Shown here: in pieces, positions 8,797-16,885 of the stretch | Layout: every line of letters begins with the position of its first letter | Position numbering within the stretch: the first letter of the stretch is position 1 | Source: a virus | Taxonomy: Duplodnaviria > Caudoviricetes | Strand: one strand, 5' to 3' | Length of the DNA stretch: 27,879 bases | Virus record (IMG/VR): IMGVR_UViG_3300017912_002763 | Coordinates: 1-27,879 of that record | Position numbers and translations under genes: made by a program | The notes under the pieces: model-generated | The model's input: the letters and a program-made list of their open reading frames with translations, nothing else | Database searches by the model: none | Told to the model about the DNA's origin: nothing

Positions 8797-10121
8797 TACC
8801 TTATTCTCCCTTTGACTATATCATCTAAATTTTTATCCAACCAATCAATGAATTCATCTGGATCGTCAGTCCTGACTTCACCATTATTCATAGCCCATTG
8901 ATATAAATCGTTTTCAACATCCATAGGTAATTCTAAATTGCCTAACCTTACAGCTTTCTTTAACTCTCTTCCATGTTTACGAACAATATCTCTCATGGAC
9001 ATTTCTCTTATTTCACTAAAGGTTAATTTACCTTCGTTCACTTGAGCCATTATAGTATCTTGTCTTTTATACTTAAGATTACCACGTGGTCTTTTTCTTT
9101 CAAGTTTTGCTTTAACGGTTGATGATTTTGTTCTCATTTTAGGATTATCCTTTTCATACCAATCCCTTGGCATTTGAACAATTTTGTTTCCTTTAAATTG
9201 CATATCACCACCAGTCCAATCTGTTAATGCTTTCATTAGAACTATATTTAAATCAGTTCCCGGCTTAATTTTGTTATATGACTTAGCTCTCGCCATCATC
9301 TTATCAGAAACTTTCGATTTATCGTAAGGGTCAATATCTCCACCCGGCATAGTATGATAATATGCATCTATCATATCTGAGAAGGAATCATCACCATAGA
9401 ATCTATCTACATCTATATGAAACTTATGAACCTCTCTTGCAGTCTTTGCTTTATGAGGTGTCTTTAAGAATCTTTGTAATGCAACCAATTCAGGATAACT
9501 ATCTGGAATTTGCCATGTTCCTTCTTTTACTTCTTTTGATTCTTTCATAGCTACTGACATTTGAGATTTGAACTCTTCCATCTTCTTAGCATCACCTACT
9601 ACTTTTAGATGATTCTCTTCTCTGGATATTTCAACACCAATATCTTTTGCTATTTTATTCAGTTTATTATAAGTACTTGAACTAGTATCTGATACTTTTA
9701 ACTCAGATGTTTCAGCTTCTGGTAATTTCTTTTTCTCTTGCTTTGATTTGACTTTAGCTTCAACTTTATCTTTTATGAAATCAGCTAATTTCATTTTATA
9801 TTCTAATTCTTTCATTTTAATATTAAGCTTTCTTTCTCTTGTATCCATTGCACTTTCTTTAACTGATTCATTTGCAAACTGTAAAGCTTGTTGAACTTGA
9901 GGATGTCTGGATATCCCTCTTTTCATTTTTTCGATATTTTTAATTGCGTAATTCATTGCACCACCATGGTCCAATGCAAACTCAATTGCCTTTTTAAGTA
10001 CAGGGTCTCTGGCAGCCTTTTTAGCCAAAGGATTCTCTCTGTAATAAACAGAAAGTTCCTGACCAGTAAGCTTACTTCCAGACATCTTACTTAATCTTTC
10101 TTTTAGTTCTTTGAACTTCAT
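8796..10121 (-). CDS. Modular putative internal head protein
   Basis: MKFKELKE N-terminus; repeated VKE/MKE/VNE/IRE junctions. Confidence 0.7.
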   Translation of the reverse strand: MKFKELKERLSKMSGSKLTGQELSVYYRENPLAKKAARDPVLKKAIEFALDHGGAMNYAIKNIEKMKRGISRHPQVQQALQFANESVKESAMDTRERKLNIKMKELEYKMKLADFIKDKVEAKVKSKQEKKKLPEAETSELKVSDTSSSTYNKLNKIAKDIGVEISREENHLKVVGDAKKMEEFKSQMSVAMKESKEVKEGTWQIPDSYPELVALQRFLKTPHKAKTAREVHKFHIDVDRFYGDDSFSDMIDAYYHTMPGGDIDPYDKSKVSDKMMARAKSYNKIKPGTDLNIVLMKALTDWTGGDMQFKGNKIVQMPRDWYEKDNPKMRTKSSTVKAKLERKRPRGNLKYKRQDTIMAQVNEGKLTFSEIREMSMRDIVRKHGRELKKAVRLGNLELPMDVENDLYQWAMNNGEVRTDDPDEFIDWLDKNLDDIVKGRIR

Positions 10122-10122
10122 T

Positions 10123-11517
10123 TTAATTTCCTCTTACTTTAGCGGCTAAGTCCTTATCGGCCTTACCCCATGTTCCTGATGATTTAGTCACAAATGAATT
10201 AACTCTTGCTAATCCCCATTGTGTTGGATTGGTTCCAGGCCTATGACCTGTTCTCCAAGCTGCAACACCTCTATTAAAAACTTGTCTTAGTATACCTAAT
10301 GGCATACCAGATTTGTCAGCCTTCTTCTTCAAAGCGGCATCGGCTTTTCCTTTTTCTACCATGAAATCTTCAAAGGTTAAATGGTCAGCCATTTCACCGT
10401 ACATTTGTTTAAATTTCTTGGTATGTTTAGATGGTTTCGTCTTTGCAGTTTTATCACCAGGAGCAGGTTTATATGCTCTTGGGTCATCGTCATCCATCTT
10501 AGTTTGTTTATTAAATTGTGCTTGTCTTTTATCCTGTGTAGATTTACCTAAACCTTTATGGTACGCTTTATTTCTTTTTTGTGGTTTTTTATTCTCTTTT
10601 TTAGTTTTAGCGTGTGGATGTCCTACAATTCCTGAGTAAGGAGTATCTTTTAGAAATCTATTCAGAGCTTTTGCTGTCCCAAAGTCTCCTGCTCCACCTT
10701 CTTCTGCGAGCTCTACGGAGTCCAGCCAATATCTTTTTCTTATGTCGTTGCTTTCTACCATTACGTAATTCGAACCGCATACGATGATTCTCCCTTTTTC
10801 GTTATTTTCTTTTATTCTAACAAGGTCTCCGACTTTAAAGAGACTTCCTTCGATATACTCTTCACGAGTTTGTGAGACTGGAGGTAATTCAATATGTTGC
10901 CTAAAAGAACGTGTCTCAGTGAGTCCCATTCCTTTTCTAACTGCGTTGAATAAGCCAGAAGTATCCTTAAAGCCGGACGGTAATCCTTTAGCAAAACCTG
11001 CTAGGTCGTTTTGTTGAGCGAACGCTCTCATTTTTGAGGCCGACATGCCCGATGCTCCTTCAGCATCTGGGTCACGTTCACCTGCGGAAACTACATTTAT
11101 TTGCTCAAAATTATAGAATCCATGTCTTCCTTTTTCTCCATTATACTTCTGTAATAGTGTATCAAATTCTATTACTCTATCGGAACCGACAACCATTGTG
11201 ACTTTTACAAAGCCTTGGTCATAGAGTAATGTGACTATATCGAATACTGTACGTATGTTCTTATCTCCCATAATAGCTCTTGCATGTTTAGGAAACATTT
11301 TACGTACGAACTTTATTTTATCTTTAAATTCTAATGGATTCTTTTTTGAGTCTTGTGACTTAGATGTATATATGCGATAAGCACCAGAACGTGCTTGTTT
11401 TTTCACTGCATCAAAGAGCTTTTCATGCCCTATGGTTGGAGGGTTATACCTCCCGAATGTAAATGTGACTTCTTTCGTTGCTTCAGTTAAAAAGTCACTA
11501 AATGATTTAATTGACAT
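10123..11517 (-). CDS. Cytidylyltransferase-family (HxGH) nucleotidyltransferase fused to basic C-terminal domains (DUF5824-like)
   Basis: FGRYNPPTIGH, VVGSDR and SASKMR motifs; C-terminal VFNRGVAAWRTGHRPG...QWGLARVNSF module. Confidence 0.8.
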   Translation of the reverse strand: MSIKSFSDFLTEATKEVTFTFGRYNPPTIGHEKLFDAVKKQARSGAYRIYTSKSQDSKKNPLEFKDKIKFVRKMFPKHARAIMGDKNIRTVFDIVTLLYDQGFVKVTMVVGSDRVIEFDTLLQKYNGEKGRHGFYNFEQINVVSAGERDPDAEGASGMSASKMRAFAQQNDLAGFAKGLPSGFKDTSGLFNAVRKGMGLTETRSFRQHIELPPVSQTREEYIEGSLFKVGDLVRIKENNEKGRIIVCGSNYVMVESNDIRKRYWLDSVELAEEGGAGDFGTAKALNRFLKDTPYSGIVGHPHAKTKKENKKPQKRNKAYHKGLGKSTQDKRQAQFNKQTKMDDDDPRAYKPAPGDKTAKTKPSKHTKKFKQMYGEMADHLTFEDFMVEKGKADAALKKKADKSGMPLGILRQVFNRGVAAWRTGHRPGTNPTQWGLARVNSFVTKSSGTWGKADKDLAAKVRGN

Positions 11518-11535
11518 TTATATCCTCGGTTCCCA

Positions 11536-12777
11536 TTAGCCAGGATTGTCCCAGCCCTTTATAATATCTGGCGAAAAGTTATTGGTAGAAAATTCTAATC
11601 TATCAACTAACTTTACCGCTCCACCTTCCGTACGGTCTATAGCTACAAAGCCCTCAGGGCCGGTGACTTTAAACCCGGATTTAGTTTTTACAAACGTATC
11701 AATATTTGATAACGTCTTTAGTTTATTTATAATAATTAGTTTTGCATCTGTGACTAAAGTGTGTAAAATAAACACTTGTTCAAGGATTCCTAGGTTTTTA
11801 TCAGAAAAAAACTCTAATAGTTTATCCCTTTCACCTTCTTTTTTACCTCTACCTTTAGGTGTTTTTAACTTAGATATTTGTTTTGCATATCTTTCATTTA
11901 CAAATTTAATTAATCCTTTTGCGTGTTTCTTCGGATCTGATATTCTTTCACCTCTTCTCACAGCTGTATTGTTATATATGTTTACTACTAAATTTAATTC
12001 TTTATTGTTTTCTAATTCTTTTAATACAGGTGCTTCTACTTTTCTAAATACTGAACCTGCTTGTGATAGTAAACCATTTAATTTTTTTGTTGTACTTGAA
12101 TCTAGTAAAGCTTTACCTGAAACATCAGGATATGTTGCATCAACCATCCAAACTGCAGATGTTTTCTTTAATCCTGTGGCTATTGATTTACCAAAGGATG
12201 CTTTCATATTTTCAAATTTAGTACCTGTATACATTGTATGCCATACTATTCCTATCTTAGCTTTTGCTATTTTCTTTGCTAATGGCGTACCAAAAGGTAT
12301 AGCATAAACGATAGTATTAGGATGGAAAGTAATATGTCTAACTCCATTTATTTTCTCCGCTTTTAAATCACTTGCTTCAAACATAAAGTCACCTTGTATA
12401 ACACCTCTTATACCAACATCCTTTAAATTATCAAAAGCGAGTTTTAGTTTTTTATTTAAATCACCTGATGTATCAGCATCGATATCAGCATGATTCTTAT
12501 AAACTTTTGGATTCTTTGCAAATATACCTTTTTTGGCTACAAAGAACTGACCATCTTCTGGGTCTACACCTGCAAATACGGCGGGGGCTCCGTCCCATTT
12601 GACAGAAATGTCCACAGGTGCTTTTGCATTTCCGCTCAACATATCCCTCAATGACCTTAGCGCTAGGATAGCTTGGCGAGCCCCCTTAACTCCACCGTCT
12701 AAGATTAAATCCTCAATATGTGTCATATGAGTATTCTTAGCTTCGGTTATGTAGTTATGGTTTATAAAACTTTTCAC
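11536..12777 (-). CDS. Ligase-like covalent nucleotidyltransferase-fold protein (DUF6267-like)
   Basis: NTHMTHIEDL, KWDG (motif I), IQGDFMF (III), PEGFVA (IV), VKLV (V). Confidence 0.65.
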   Translation of the reverse strand: MKSFINHNYITEAKNTHMTHIEDLILDGGVKGARQAILALRSLRDMLSGNAKAPVDISVKWDGAPAVFAGVDPEDGQFFVAKKGIFAKNPKVYKNHADIDADTSGDLNKKLKLAFDNLKDVGIRGVIQGDFMFEASDLKAEKINGVRHITFHPNTIVYAIPFGTPLAKKIAKAKIGIVWHTMYTGTKFENMKASFGKSIATGLKKTSAVWMVDATYPDVSGKALLDSSTTKKLNGLLSQAGSVFRKVEAPVLKELENNKELNLVVNIYNNTAVRRGERISDPKKHAKGLIKFVNERYAKQISKLKTPKGRGKKEGERDKLLEFFSDKNLGILEQVFILHTLVTDAKLIIINKLKTLSNIDTFVKTKSGFKVTGPEGFVAIDRTEGGAVKLVDRLEFSTNNFSPDIIKGWDNPG

Positions 12778-13130
12778 TTATTCATTTCCTTTGTTTTCTT
12801 TTTAAGTTTCTCTAAATGTGCTGTCCAAATTTCGTATGCTGATTTAAGGTTTGCTTTTTTCTCTGGGTCCTTAGTCCTTTTGATAGCTTCCTTTGCTCTT
12901 TGTTGCATAACTAATGTAGCTTGAACTTTATGTGCATGTTCTCTACTAGCTTTATTAATTATGTTAACACCTTTTCGTGCTGTTTCAGCATCTTTAAATC
13001 CTAACCCATGAATAGTTCCTCTTGGGTCTTCATCTGTATATAAATCACTATGACTAGAACTACCTTTGTGTTGTCCTTTTTTACGAGGTGTTCTTTTGTC
13101 TGCTTCTAAAAATAATTTAAAACTTATCAT
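12774..13130 (-). CDS. Basic hypothetical protein
   Basis: MISFKLFLE N-terminus; DLYTDEDPRGTIHGLGFKD motif. Confidence 0.7.
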   Translation of the reverse strand: MISFKLFLEADKRTPRKKGQHKGSSSHSDLYTDEDPRGTIHGLGFKDAETARKGVNIINKASREHAHKVQATLVMQQRAKEAIKRTKDPEKKANLKSAYEIWTAHLEKLKKKTKEMNK

Positions 13131-13779
13131 AGTTCATAAATTGCATAATCTTATGAGCAAGTTCTATACCTGCATCATAATCTGATGGGTAATGTAAACC
13201 AGCTACTACTCTTCCATATCCACATATTTTAGCACCTCGGATTAATTCATCTTTATGCTCAGGATACTTTTTACTGTAATGTAATGCAACTACCATTGGC
13301 TGCATAGCGTGTCCTGATGGATATGCTGGTGTTTTAGCTGTTCCTGTTTTAAATCTATTTAAAACTTTATTATATAAATCTGCTACTTGATATGGTCTAG
13401 GTCTGTTAAAATGATTTTTGTAATGTCGAATAATTGGTGAACATTGTTTCTCAATATATTCTATTACATCCTCATCAAACTCTAAACTATTTTTTCTCAT
13501 GTGTTCTTTAATATAGTATGATGCATCTTTATCACAGTTTTTGTAATCCTTTTTCTGTTGTTCGGTAGCTCCTTCAACAGCTGCGATTACAGCATCTATT
13601 TCTCTGTCTTCTCTTGGAGGTGATGGTAATATAATTCTTTGCCAACCATCTTTCCATATTTTCATATCATCATAATCAGGGTCTTTCAAATCATCCTGAG
13701 ATTTAAAAACTAAATGTTTTAACGCACTATCAGGGCGGTCATCTAGTCTTGCTTCTCTTATAAACGCTTTGAAATTCAT
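13117..13779 (-). CDS. PAP2/vanadium-haloperoxidase family phosphatase
   Basis: All three motifs present: KxxxxRPRP (KNHFNRPRP), YPSGH, GRVVAGLHYPSD. Confidence 0.9.
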   Translation of the reverse strand: MNFKAFIREARLDDRPDSALKHLVFKSQDDLKDPDYDDMKIWKDGWQRIILPSPPREDREIDAVIAAVEGATEQQKKDYKNCDKDASYYIKEHMRKNSLEFDEDVIEYIEKQCSPIIRHYKNHFNRPRPYQVADLYNKVLNRFKTGTAKTPAYPSGHAMQPMVVALHYSKKYPEHKDELIRGAKICGYGRVVAGLHYPSDYDAGIELAHKIMQFMNYDKF

Positions 13780-14885
13780 TTACTTTGTCCTAACTTAGGG
13801 TCTAATTTAAGAGCTTTGTAATTAATCCAATTTTCTCTTATAACCCACCCACCTTTATCATCTTTAATAAAGACTGATGAATTTTTAACTTCATTAGAAC
13901 CCCTAAAGTCTAGACCAAGATTAACTTTACCGGCCATTTCATCAGTTGTTATCATTCTATCAATCATTTCCGATATAGTGTCTGGTACTTTACCGGCAAA
14001 GAAACAATTTGCTGTAGCATCAGTTTTACCAAACTTAATTTTACCTGATGTAGCTTCTTTCTTTTGATTTTTATCTAACTTAACACTATTGTATGGCGCG
14101 TTCTTTATAAATGGACAAACTGTTATGGATTTAAATCCTGATCTGCCTATTTTATTATTTTTATTTAATTGTGCAAGAGCATCTTCAATTAACTTTTTAC
14201 CTTGTCTTGGAAATATTGCATAAAATCTTTCTGGTAGCATCCAATTCTCAAAGTAAGTTGCGTTTTCATCTTTTAAACTAATATAAAGTTTATCACCTAA
14301 GCCTGGTAATTTACTATCTAGTTCTACAACTACATCGGTTTTTGGATTACCTGCTGTTTTAGTAGTAGGTGCACCTAAGTATGTGATACTATATACTTTT
14401 CCTTTATGTTCAAATTCCCACTTAGGACCTGAACTATTAATAAATCTTTGTACTACTTGACCTTCATGGCCATGGCCGGCTTTAAAGTTTTTAAATACGT
14501 TTGGATTTTCTTTTTCTGATAAGTCAGCTTCAATAGGCTTAACTTCTTTTCCTGATGGTTTTAATATTTTTGATAATGGTATTCGATACTCTTTTCTTTT
14601 ATATTTTATATGAGCCATTAAAGAACCACGATCGTTTAATGTTAATGTCTTTTCTTCACGACCAACTATTTCTACTTTTTCACCTTTTTTAATATCTTTT
14701 CCAGATAAAGTATTATCCATTTGATATAAGAAAGATGGTCCGTCTAATTTAAATATCTTTAATTCAGGATTCATTTCTACATATTGATAGAAATTACCCG
14801 AAGCTTTTCCAGCAGTATTTCTTTTGTATTTAGTAGAATTACCAGATAAACTAGCTTCGTATATAAAACTTTTGAATGATTGCAT
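13776..14885 (-). CDS. Putative PD-(D/E)xK restriction-endonuclease-like protein
   Basis: GHGHEG helix Glu, then NPKTDVVV...YISLK; MQSFKSFIYE N-terminus. Confidence 0.55.
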   Translation of the reverse strand: MQSFKSFIYEASLSGNSTKYKRNTAGKASGNFYQYVEMNPELKIFKLDGPSFLYQMDNTLSGKDIKKGEKVEIVGREEKTLTLNDRGSLMAHIKYKRKEYRIPLSKILKPSGKEVKPIEADLSEKENPNVFKNFKAGHGHEGQVVQRFINSSGPKWEFEHKGKVYSITYLGAPTTKTAGNPKTDVVVELDSKLPGLGDKLYISLKDENATYFENWMLPERFYAIFPRQGKKLIEDALAQLNKNNKIGRSGFKSITVCPFIKNAPYNSVKLDKNQKKEATSGKIKFGKTDATANCFFAGKVPDTISEMIDRMITTDEMAGKVNLGLDFRGSNEVKNSSVFIKDDKGGWVIRENWINYKALKLDPKLGQSK

Positions 14886-14921
14886 TGAACACAGTCCCCA
14901 TATAAATTAAGTTATCATAAC

Positions 14922-14929
14922 TATTTATA
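14922..14929 (-). promoter_or_regulatory. T4-type late promoter TATAAATA
   Basis: Exact gp55 consensus in the intergenic gap, 36 nt before the ATG at 14885, heading a long coupled operon. Confidence 0.85.
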
Positions 14930-14934
14930 CAAGT

Positions 14935-15117
14935 TTATGCGTCAAAGAAAGGGTTAGGACGAATATTTCCCATATTATCATAGGAAATTATTTTAGCTTC
15001 GTGTAATTTATCTATAGTATTGGAAGCACCTTCTCTTAAACCTAGCTTATAAGCACGTTTACTAGAGTACCATATTAGTATTCCTAAACATATTAGTTGA
15101 ATAAAGAACATTTCCAT
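14935..15117 (-). CDS. Small membrane protein
   Basis: N-terminal hydrophobic helix; TAATG coupling with the upstream ORF. Confidence 0.65.
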   Translation of the reverse strand: MEMFFIQLICLGILIWYSSKRAYKLGLREGASNTIDKLHEAKIISYDNMGNIRPNPFFDA

Positions 15118-15287
15118 TAGATTAATTCTCTTGTAAGATTCGTATCGTATCCTTTTTTCTGCATACCAACTTGAAATAAAATAGCTTCTTGTAATTTAGC
15201 AAATGTATATTCTATCTTATTGATATGTTTATCATAGAACGTTACTTTGAAACATGGTATTTTAGCTTTGTTCGTAGATGTAGACAT
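15117..15287 (-). CDS. Hypothetical 56-aa protein (not in ORF track)
   Basis: GGAG RBS; MSTSTNKAKIPCFKVTFYDK...GYDTNLTRELI-stop; TAATG overlap with the next gene. Confidence 0.65.
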   Translation of the reverse strand: MSTSTNKAKIPCFKVTFYDKHINKIEYTFAKLQEAILFQVGMQKKGYDTNLTRELI

Positions 15288-15561
15288 CGTATCTCTCCGC
15301 TTTGCTTAATGGTAAAGACCTATCATAAGCTCTAGGATGCCTTCCTTCAGCTCTTGCAACTGAAGCTCTTGGACCTCTACCCTGGCACTTAACTCTGTAC
15401 CTAGGAAACTTCGAATTGAATGGATTTCTATAAGAACTTTGTTCATTTCTTTTAGCTTACATATTAATAATCTTAACTGCTTTTCTGATGTTTTCCAACT
15501 CAAGCATATCGCCAGCACATTCAACGTGGGCTGTCATCACGTAATTTTGTGAACCTCTCAT
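15262..15561 (-). pseudogene. 99-codon gene interrupted by one in-frame TAA (15459-15457)
   Basis: AAGGAG RBS and TAATG coupling; reads MRGSQNYVMT...VKIINM*AKRNEQ...RYRVKCQGRGPR...YDRSLPLSKAERYDVYIYEQS in a single frame. Confidence 0.6.
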
Positions 15562-15806
15562 TATAACTCCTTTATTTGTTTTAAAATTAATTCAACTTCA
15601 TCTTCAGTAAGATGACCTATTACATCTTCAGTAATTGGACTAGTATAACAAAGCTCATCACCTTCTAATACTGCTAATTCCCATTTACCTTGAGCATATC
15701 CATAAGAACCTTTATGCCTGATAACTGAAGCACCATATCCATTATCAAACTTATAGGTCTTTTGTATGCCACCATAATGTTCGTTTATTTCTGTTGGTTT
15801 TAACAT
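15561..15806 (-). CDS. Conserved phage hypothetical protein
   Basis: YKFDNGYGASVIRHKGSYG...WELAVL motif; start moved to 15806 (AAGGAG RBS, TAATG overlap). Confidence 0.8.
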   Translation of the reverse strand: MLKPTEINEHYGGIQKTYKFDNGYGASVIRHKGSYGYAQGKWELAVLEGDELCYTSPITEDVIGHLTEDEVELILKQIKEL

Positions 15807-16114
15807 TAATGACTCCTTAATCTTCCGTTGCAAAAGACACCTTCGAAAAAGTATTGATTGAAAAACTCTTCGATATCATCTTCAGCAGGACCTGTGTTAG
15901 TTCTAATTTCTGTATCTCTTAACCACATGCTTAACCATGCTTGGTCTGTCTTTTTATCCATATCGACCTTTGATGTAAGTAATTTAAACTCATGTTCAGT
16001 GAGTTCAATTTCTAAAGGGATGGTTGTAGCAATATGTTCGAACTTGGCTGTAAAAACTTCTGGTTTCATTTCTTCAGTTTTTCCAGTAATTGGATTCATA
16101 ATAAATTTTTTCAT
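15806..16114 (-). CDS. Hypothetical protein
   Basis: Start moved to MKKFIMNP at 16114 (GGAGG RBS, TAATG overlap). Confidence 0.65.
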   Translation of the reverse strand: MKKFIMNPITGKTEEMKPEVFTAKFEHIATTIPLEIELTEHEFKLLTSKVDMDKKTDQAWLSMWLRDTEIRTNTGPAEDDIEEFFNQYFFEGVFCNGRLRSH

Positions 16115-16383
16115 TACGCTACCTCCAAGATTGAAAGAGGTGCGTTGTATTTCGTACCTTTGATATTGATTGTAGCCCATGAACGTCTGATGTCCATGAT
16201 GGTAGCTTTTTCTTTTCCAGCTTTGCTGTTGCAAATAACTGTATCACCAACTTTAAAAGTTGCTCTAGCTTTTCTAGAGAGTTCATTTTTCAGAAATGCT
16301 CTTCTGATTTTAAGTGAAGCGATAACACTGTTCATGTCTTTCATGTTATCGATTTTGTTAATTTCATTTATCAATTTATTCAT
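16114..16383 (-). CDS. Early hypothetical protein, C-terminal SH3/KOW-like region
   Basis: Strong AAGGAG RBS, own promoter; FKVGDTV motif. Confidence 0.75.
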   Translation of the reverse strand: MNKLINEINKIDNMKDMNSVIASLKIRRAFLKNELSRKARATFKVGDTVICNSKAGKEKATIMDIRRSWATINIKGTKYNAPLSILEVA

Positions 16384-16415
16384 AATTTAACTCCTTATTT
16401 TTTGAATATATGTAT

Positions 16416-16450
16416 ATTATAACACGTTCTTTTGAAAATGTAAACGGTTT
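16416..16450 (-). promoter_or_regulatory. Early promoter
   Basis: AAACCG-TTTACA(16444-16439)-17 nt-TATAAT(16421-16416). Confidence 0.85.
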
Positions 16451-16456
16451 TTTCAA

Positions 16457-16564
16457 TTAATTTCCTACAATAAATGGAATGGTTAGCATTCCAAAAAACA
16501 TTAATAGAAACTCTAAATCTAATAGGTCGTGCCTAATTAAAAAATCTTTAAATTTATTGTTCAT
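16457..16564 (-). CDS. 35-aa hydrophobic peptide (not in ORF track)
   Basis: TAATG-coupled; MNNKFKDFLIRHDLLDLEFLLMFFGMLTIPFIVGN. Confidence 0.5.
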   Translation of the reverse strand: MNNKFKDFLIRHDLLDLEFLLMFFGMLTIPFIVGN

Positions 16565-16767
16565 TATTGTGGTCCCTCTGGCATAGCTTCGAATCTTTGG
16601 TTAACTAATCTTTCTCTTAGCATATCCATATCGGCAAAAGCTAAGAACTCATCAAATGAATCAGCAATAGGTGTTATACCTAATTCATCAACTACTGACA
16701 TTGGTGATAACTCAGAAACCTCTTCAGCTATTCTTTCGAGGATTTGTTCGTTTATGTGATGTGACAT
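16564..16767 (-). CDS. Small acidic early protein
   Basis: AAGGAG RBS, own promoter; E/D rich. Confidence 0.75.
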   Translation of the reverse strand: MSHHINEQILERIAEEVSELSPMSVVDELGITPIADSFDEFLAFADMDMLRERLVNQRFEAMPEGPQ

Positions 16768-16798
16768 TTAAAACTCCTTATTTTTAAATTATAGTTCT

Positions 16799-16833
16799 AT
16801 TATACACCTTTTAAACATAAATGTAAACGGTTT
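16799..16833 (-). promoter_or_regulatory. Early promoter
   Basis: AAACCG-TTTACA(16827-16822)-17 nt-TATAAT(16804-16799). Confidence 0.85.
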
Positions 16834-16841
16834 TTTTAAAA

Positions 16842-16885
16842 GTTTACACAATTGTTACGTTCTTGTAACATTCCTGTAACGTTCT
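16842..16885. repeat. 11-bp tandem direct repeats, putative regulator binding array
   Basis: TGTTACGTTCT (16853), TGTAACATTCC (16864), TGTAACGTTCT (16875), plus degenerate GTTTACACAAT (16842). Confidence 0.7.

Noticed and set aside
15457-15459. Genome-wide stop-codon recoding
   Set aside because: TAA, TAG and TGA all terminate normal genes here, and long genes are uninterrupted in the standard code.
15306-15524. 72-aa minus-strand ORF
   Set aside because: No RBS or coupling; the overlapping frame 15561-15262 has both.
6207-16885. CRISPR-like array or tRNA genes
   Set aside because: Repeats are either coding trinucleotides or spacerless 11-mers; I saw no cloverleaf in the short intergenic gaps.
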